Below, in pieces: positions 1 to 3,659 of a DNA stretch of 3,659 nucleotides (its first letter is position 1; the number at the start of each line of letters is the position of its first letter). The stretch lies in the NCBI GenBank assembly GCA_000004985.1, contig GG739215.1, one strand, 5' to 3'. A program made the position numbers and the translations under genes. Under the pieces are notes generated by a model that saw only the letters and a list, made by a program, of their open reading frames with translations, made no database searches and was not told the origin of the DNA. Source of the stretch: Naegleria gruberi. Lineage: Eukaryota.

Positions 1-19
1 ACGAACCGATATACATGAT

Positions 20-1945
20 CTATTTTCTTCTTCTTTGATGGTGGATTTCTTTTTCGGAAATTATTAATTGTGTTGATTGTTGAGTTTCTTCTGTAAACTC
101 TGGATCACCTTTCTTGTATTCATAATTTTCAATTACTTTTTTGTGCAATTTCTTATGATTCTCCTTATTGGCTTTCCTTTTTCCTTTATATTCAACAGAC
201 AACTTCCTTTCTCTATGCCACAACCCTTTAGCATCTTTCTTAGATAATTTATACATAGAATATTCACTGAGGGGAACATTTAATTGTTTCATTAAGGTTA
301 TGAATGATTTGTGTCCGTGTGTGTGAAATAGCACTGCTAAATCCACTCTTCCTGAATATGATTTTGAAAAATCATATCTTTTTGAAACAAACTTGCACAT
401 ACTATTATTTAGAGACTCATTGGATTGAGTGTGAGCACTTTTTTTATAGGAGTCTGCACTTTCAGCAAGTTCTGTAAATACTTTCTTCAGTTTTTCAATT
501 AGTTCTGTATTGTTTGGATCAATTTTCGGTTTGGAAGATTTACATCCATCTCCATAGCACTTATCATGATTTCCACACCAGTGATCTACATATGCATTCA
601 AAATTGTTTTTAGAATATTCGTATTATTATCAGCGACTGTTACAGCTACTTTGAATGCTACTGAAACAACTGTACCCCAACCTTTTGCTATTCCAGCAAC
701 ATGTTTAGCAATATTCTTTCCCTTATGATTTACATCTAAATATTCCTGAGCATTTGGAAAATGTTCATGAATAATATTTCGTGTAGAACCATCATGATCA
801 TGCGCAAAACTTCTTACTTCAAAATAGAACTTTTCACCAAAAAGATCAAATATTTGATTCACAATCCAATCCATTATATGATCAACACCATTACCTTCTG
901 CACACTTGCTTGCTCCTTTGAAATTTCCCTCTCTTGAAATTCTATCTCTTATTGTGTTATACCTTTGAACAATAAGATCAAAACATGATTCAATAGCAGC
1001 AACAGTACATTCATTTGCGTTTCTTGCTTTTGACCATCTCCCATCTATGGATATGTATAGAGGAATATATTTCTTTTTGGGATAGAATGACCAAATAATC
1101 AACATGATTTCTTGTGGAAGATAATAATATTGATTATTAATTATCAAACATTGTGATTCAAGTCTGTTTTCTTTCATATTCATTGTCACACCAAAAAAAC
1201 TAAGTCCATCAGCCATTAATTTCATCAGGCCCATATATTTAAGATTTTCTAATAACGCTTCATCTGTTAGCTCTGTAACTTTATCCCAAATATTAGTTGT
1301 TACCTCATACACTGCACTTTGATTGCTATAATGTGGAAGACCAGTAAGATCAAAAGCATTAAATAATTGCTCAACATTGATTCCACTGAATTGGGATGCA
1401 CAAATTAATTTTTTGGAAAGGACTTGGCGAGAGGAACCTTCTAAATTAGAGGAAGAATTTAGAATTAATTTGTTTTTACAATTGAAGCATTCGAATGATA
1501 ATAATGAATCAAACCCTTTCTGCTGATAATTTGTGCATTGAAGAGCTCCATAACATTTACATTCTTTACAAACGGAATTTGAATCTAAAAAATCAATCAA
1601 TCTTTCCAAAGATGCAATTATATAATCTGGACCATCAATTTTAGGTTTGGATTGAAATTTAACACATGGCGACAAATCAACAAATTTGAATGAAGAAGTA
1701 GAATTAATTTCCTTCTTTTCTGCACATTCGGAATAGTAATTACAAAGGTTTCTGTATTTAATTTGACAACACCAACCAGGAGAAACAAATCTTCTTTCAG
1801 TGATGGTGGCAAACATGCCACCTGTTTGATTCAAATGATATGCAATACCCCACATGTAATCTCTGTGTGTTTCATTACAAACACAACACAAATACTTTTT
1901 AGAGCTTGCTTTTTTTCCAGTTGTCGTTGCTTCATGCAATGCCAT
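20..1945 (-). CDS. Mutator-like (MULE family) DDE transposase, full-length 641 aa. ATG at 1945..1943 with an in-frame TAA two codons upstream; TAG stop at 22..20.
   Basis: Seen in sequence: an uninterrupted 1926-nt ORF in AT-rich DNA. Matches to the MULE domain (Pfam PF10551-type consensus, recalled from memory): first catalytic Asp in 'YISI-D301-GRWSK' (nt 1045..1043), matching 'iDgTyk'. 'AN-E312-CT' matches 'sEtees'. Second Asp in 'HDH-D385-GSTRNIIHEH-FP-NA' (nt 793..791), matching 'TDqdkal..Ai.evFP.a'. 'D404-VN-H407' lies exactly 7 and 10 residues after the FP Pro, which is the [C/D]x2H signature of the Mutator superfamily. This is followed by H407-KGK-N411, matching 'HilrN'. Candidate third acidic residue E481 in 'PNNTE' (nt 505..503), about 96 aa after D385. 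N-terminal Cys/His clusters at aa 19-75 and aa 126-156 are a putative Zn-finger DNA-binding region. The C-terminal ~75 aa are 35-40% Lys/Arg/His. Confidence 0.8.
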   Translation of the reverse strand: MALHEATTTGKKASSKKYLCCVCNETHRDYMWGIAYHLNQTGGMFATITERRFVSPGWCCQIKYRNLCNYYSECAEKKEINSTSSFKFVDLSPCVKFQSKPKIDGPDYIIASLERLIDFLDSNSVCKECKCYGALQCTNYQQKGFDSLLSFECFNCKNKLILNSSSNLEGSSRQVLSKKLICASQFSGINVEQLFNAFDLTGLPHYSNQSAVYEVTTNIWDKVTELTDEALLENLKYMGLMKLMADGLSFFGVTMNMKENRLESQCLIINNQYYYLPQEIMLIIWSFYPKKKYIPLYISIDGRWSKARNANECTVAAIESCFDLIVQRYNTIRDRISREGNFKGASKCAEGNGVDHIMDWIVNQIFDLFGEKFYFEVRSFAHDHDGSTRNIIHEHFPNAQEYLDVNHKGKNIAKHVAGIAKGWGTVVSVAFKVAVTVADNNTNILKTILNAYVDHWCGNHDKCYGDGCKSSKPKIDPNNTELIEKLKKVFTELAESADSYKKSAHTQSNESLNNSMCKFVSKRYDFSKSYSGRVDLAVLFHTHGHKSFITLMKQLNVPLSEYSMYKLSKKDAKGLWHRERKLSVEYKGKRKANKENHKKLHKKVIENYEYKKGDPEFTEETQQSTQLIISEKEIHHQRRRK

Positions 1946-2215
1946 TTTTTAAAAATAAATTTTGATTGATGTTTTCGTTAGCACTTTTGATTACCTATTT
2001 TCTGAGAAGAGGAATAACATCACAACAATGTAATGCAGGAACAAATAGAACAACATCTCTAGAACATATGTTGTTCTTCTCTGGGTTTTATTTTGTTGTT
2101 GGTGCGTGCAAGAGGGTTGGAACTTTAATTTTTTTACCGTTACAGTTCTGATTACAAGTTCGATCAACAGAGGATTTTATTATTTATTCAATATCTAGCG
2201 ATTTGTAAAGAAATG
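1946..2215 (-). promoter_or_regulatory. Putative 5' flank/promoter region of the transposase gene (AT-rich, T/G-rich tracts, contains a hairpin).
   Basis: Based on position only. It is the 270 bp immediately upstream of the ATG on the coding strand. I found no canonical core-promoter motif. In particular there is no clean TCAYW Inr within 40 bp of the ATG. Confidence 0.25.
2047..2077. repeat. Perfect 10-bp inverted repeat (agaacaacat / atgttgttct) with an 11-nt spacer. Nested inside is a 10-bp palindrome aacatatgtt (2063..2072) and a degenerate direct copy 'agaacat' (2061..2067).
   Basis: Seen in sequence. 2047..2056 equals the reverse complement of 2068..2077. The surrounding ~35-bp arms (2022..2056 vs 2068..2102) are a weaker imperfect inverted repeat, rich in acaaca/tgttgt. 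It sits 102-132 bp upstream of the transposase ATG. Confidence 0.6.
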
Positions 2216-2701
2216 NNNNNNNNNNNNNNNNNNNNNNNNNNNNNNNNNNNNNNNNNNNNNNNNNNNNNNNNNNNNNNNNNNNNNNNNNNNNNNNNNNNNN
2301 NNNNNNNNNNNNNNNNNNNNNNNNNNNNNNNNNNNNNNNNNNNNNNNNNNNNNNNNNNNNNNNNNNNNNNNNNNNNNNNNNNNNNNNNNNNNNNNNNNNN
2401 NNNNNNNNNNNNNNNNNNNNNNNNNNNNNNNNNNNNNNNNNNNNNNNNNNNNNNNNNNNNNNNNNNNNNNNNNNNNNNNNNNNNNNNNNNNNNNNNNNNN
2501 NNNNNNNNNNNNNNNNNNNNNNNNNNNNNNNNNNNNNNNNNNNNNNNNNNNNNNNNNNNNNNNNNNNNNNNNNNNNNNNNNNNNNNNNNNNNNNNNNNNN
2601 NNNNNNNNNNNNNNNNNNNNNNNNNNNNNNNNNNNNNNNNNNNNNNNNNNNNNNNNNNNNNNNNNNNNNNNNNNNNNNNNNNNNNNNNNNNNNNNNNNNN
2701 N
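2216..2701. other. Assembly/scaffold gap (486 N).
   Basis: Seen in sequence: a continuous run of n. The sequence on either side cannot be assumed contiguous or correctly spaced. Confidence 0.97.
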
Positions 2702-2776
2702 ATAATAGGTTTAATAACATTATGACAATTAAGATTGTAATCTTCAAATAGCAATTTCTAATGATCTATTGTAAAT

Positions 2777-3659
2777 TCATTTAAAATATGAAATTTTCTC
2801 TCTAAGCAAATTGCTTGGAGGTATTTCTTTAAAATTGGTGGGTTCACGAATCGAAAGGTTGATAAAATCCAAATCTTGTCTTTGGCGCCAGCCTAGACCG
2901 AACATACCCAAACCATACAATTTCGGATAAGATTTCAAAATCTGTAAAATATTGTCTTTGGTGTGGAAGGATAATGGAACATCTGGCCAACGACACAAGC
3001 TGCTCTTTAAAGCAAATTCCACCAATTCCAATGTCAACATTTCTTCCTTAATTAGTGATATCACTGGACGACGACATTTGGCACCGTGAGTAATGGCAAT
3101 CTTAACTAGTTCAGGAGTTTGTTTCAAAGAATCTATGGTAATTGGATTAGTAGCTACTAGATGCTCAATCATCTGGGCACTCATTTTGAATCCATTTTGC
3201 AGGTTTGGAAGAACATTCATCAATTCTTCTCCTAGACCTCTGTCTGCTAATTTCATTAACACGTCCTCATCACATAGTAGTGAATGATCTATTTTAGAAA
3301 TGTCAATAGAGTTGCTGCTATATTCCAATATTTCCAATATGAAATTCTTATTTGCCCTAAGGTTACGATTTATCAATTCAAAAGCAATAGGATGAGCTCT
3401 AAATAGCAATACAGCTTTGGTGTAATCATTACAAAATAAGTAAAGCACTTGATTAGGTAACAATTCTAATGATCTATAATAGTTTCTCTCCCCGCCTTCA
3501 ATCATGCTCAATAGATAACTTGAAAATATCTCAACATCCTGTTTTAAAGCTTCATTAAGGGAATGGTAGATATATGAATGATTAACCAGAAATTTGAGAA
3601 TTAATTCTCTATCGTTTGTTTTCAGTTCTTCAGAAGCAATTTCAAAAAGAACTCTTGCA
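2777..3659 (-). CDS. 3' portion (294 codons plus TGA stop at 2779..2777) of a protein-coding gene of unknown function. The ORF is open to the right window edge, so the N-terminus lies outside the window.
   Basis: Seen in sequence: there is no in-frame stop from 3658 down to 2780 on the minus strand. The ORF track's 'M' at 3511 is a TTG chosen by the ORF finder, and the frame continues upstream as ...ARVLFEIASEELKTNDRELILKFLVNHSYIYHSLNEALKQDVEIFSSYLL-SMIEGG.... A 294-codon open frame in ~30% GC DNA is unlikely by chance. Weak LRR-like spacing ('FILEILEYSSNSIDISKIDHSLLCDEDVLMKL'), otherwise mostly predicted helical. No recognisable catalytic motif. Confidence 0.55.
   Translation of the reverse strand, partial: ARVLFEIASEELKTNDRELILKFLVNHSYIYHSLNEALKQDVEIFSSYLLSMIEGGERNYYRSLELLPNQVLYLFCNDYTKAVLLFRAHPIAFELINRNLRANKNFILEILEYSSNSIDISKIDHSLLCDEDVLMKLADRGLGEELMNVLPNLQNGFKMSAQMIEHLVATNPITIDSLKQTPELVKIAITHGAKCRRPVISLIKEEMLTLELVEFALKSSLCRWPDVPLSFHTKDNILQILKSYPKLYGLGMFGLGWRQRQDLDFINLSIREPTNFKEIPPSNLLREKISYFK

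Larger units (their letters stand above)
1..2215 (-). mobile_element. Internal portion of a Mutator-like DNA transposon: transposase gene plus ~270 bp of 5' flank. The element termini (TIRs/TSD) are not in view.
   Basis: Inference from the MULE transposase CDS. Only 19 bp lie downstream of the stop before the window edge. The upstream flank 1946..2215 runs into the N gap. I searched this flank for the reverse complement of 1..19 and found no convincing match, so the element boundaries are unknown. Confidence 0.5.

Noticed and set aside
314-328. (GT)n microsatellite 'gtgtccgtgtgtgtg'.
   Set aside because: Too short and interrupted to be a meaningful repeat feature. It lies inside the coding sequence.
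1946-2000. A Trichomonas-type Inr (TCAYW) at the transposase start, as a way to pin down the organism.
   Set aside because: Only near-matches (TCAAT, TCAAA) occur within 40 bp upstream of the ATG. That is not enough to assert the motif or the species.
1618-2151. Small ORFs 1618..1821(-), 1763..1969(+) and 1966..2151(+).
   Set aside because: The first two overlap the transposase CDS out of frame or antisense. The third begins with TTG, not ATG, in an AT/T-rich flank and encodes a low-complexity hydrophobic peptide. None has independent support.
1-2215. Terminal inverted repeat pairing between the left edge (1..19) and the upstream flank (1946..2215).
   Set aside because: Only scattered 5-7 bp matches, e.g. 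cgat/gttcg fragments. This is no better than chance in AT-rich DNA. The true termini are probably outside the window or in the gap.
2184-2754. Three ORFs (2184..2747-, 2188..2754-, 2213..2725+) translated mostly as X.
   Set aside because: They exist only because the 486-N gap contains no stop codons. They are artefacts.
3093-3287. 64-aa plus-strand ORF inside the second gene.
   Set aside because: It is antisense to a much longer open frame and is most likely a chance ORF.
2777-3511. The ORF track's 244-aa 'MSMIEGG...' protein as a complete gene.
   Set aside because: The 'M' is a TTG start imposed by the ORF finder. The frame stays open upstream to the window edge (3658), so the real CDS is longer and is truncated by the window.
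1-3659. A prokaryotic operon or defence-system reading, suggested by the bacterial-style ORF track with alternative start codons.
   Set aside because: Composition, an intronless long ORF carrying eukaryotic-type MULE motifs, an NLS-like tail and a scaffold N-gap all point to a eukaryotic assembly. There are no CRISPR repeats and no co-oriented cluster of short genes. I found no RBS-like spacing worth citing.

Overview
This 3.66-kb window is AT-rich and reads as eukaryotic. The 1.9-kb ORF has no introns, which suggests a protist or lower eukaryote, but I cannot name the organism. Two minus-strand coding regions are separated by a run of 486 N (2216..2701), which is an assembly gap. (1) 20..1945(-) is an intact 641-aa ORF that I read as a Mutator-like (MULE) DDE transposase. 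The call rests on motif order and spacing. The motifs are I-D301-GRWSK, then AN-E312-CT, then D385-GSTRN..FPNA.., then D404-VN-H407-KGK-N411. This matches the MULE-domain pattern 'DgTyk .. sEt .. D .. FP.a .. [C/D]x2H .. N'. The same ORF has Cys/His-rich N-terminal modules and a very basic, NLS-like C-terminal tail. (2) 2777..3659(-) is the 3' part of a second gene that runs open off the right edge of the window, so its 5' end lies outside it. The ORF track's 'MSMIEGG' start there is a TTG picked by the ORF finder, not a real start. I cannot name the product; it has weak LRR-like periodicity. No TIR or TSD boundaries of the transposon are visible. The transposase stop is 19 bp from the left edge, and the upstream flank runs into the gap. 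There are no RNA genes and no CRISPR. I see no multi-gene 'system' here and do not want to over-claim one. The material worth a second look is the transposase itself (catalytic-residue ambiguity, an inserted Cys/His knuckle, unusual N-terminal fingers) and a small hairpin in its upstream flank.
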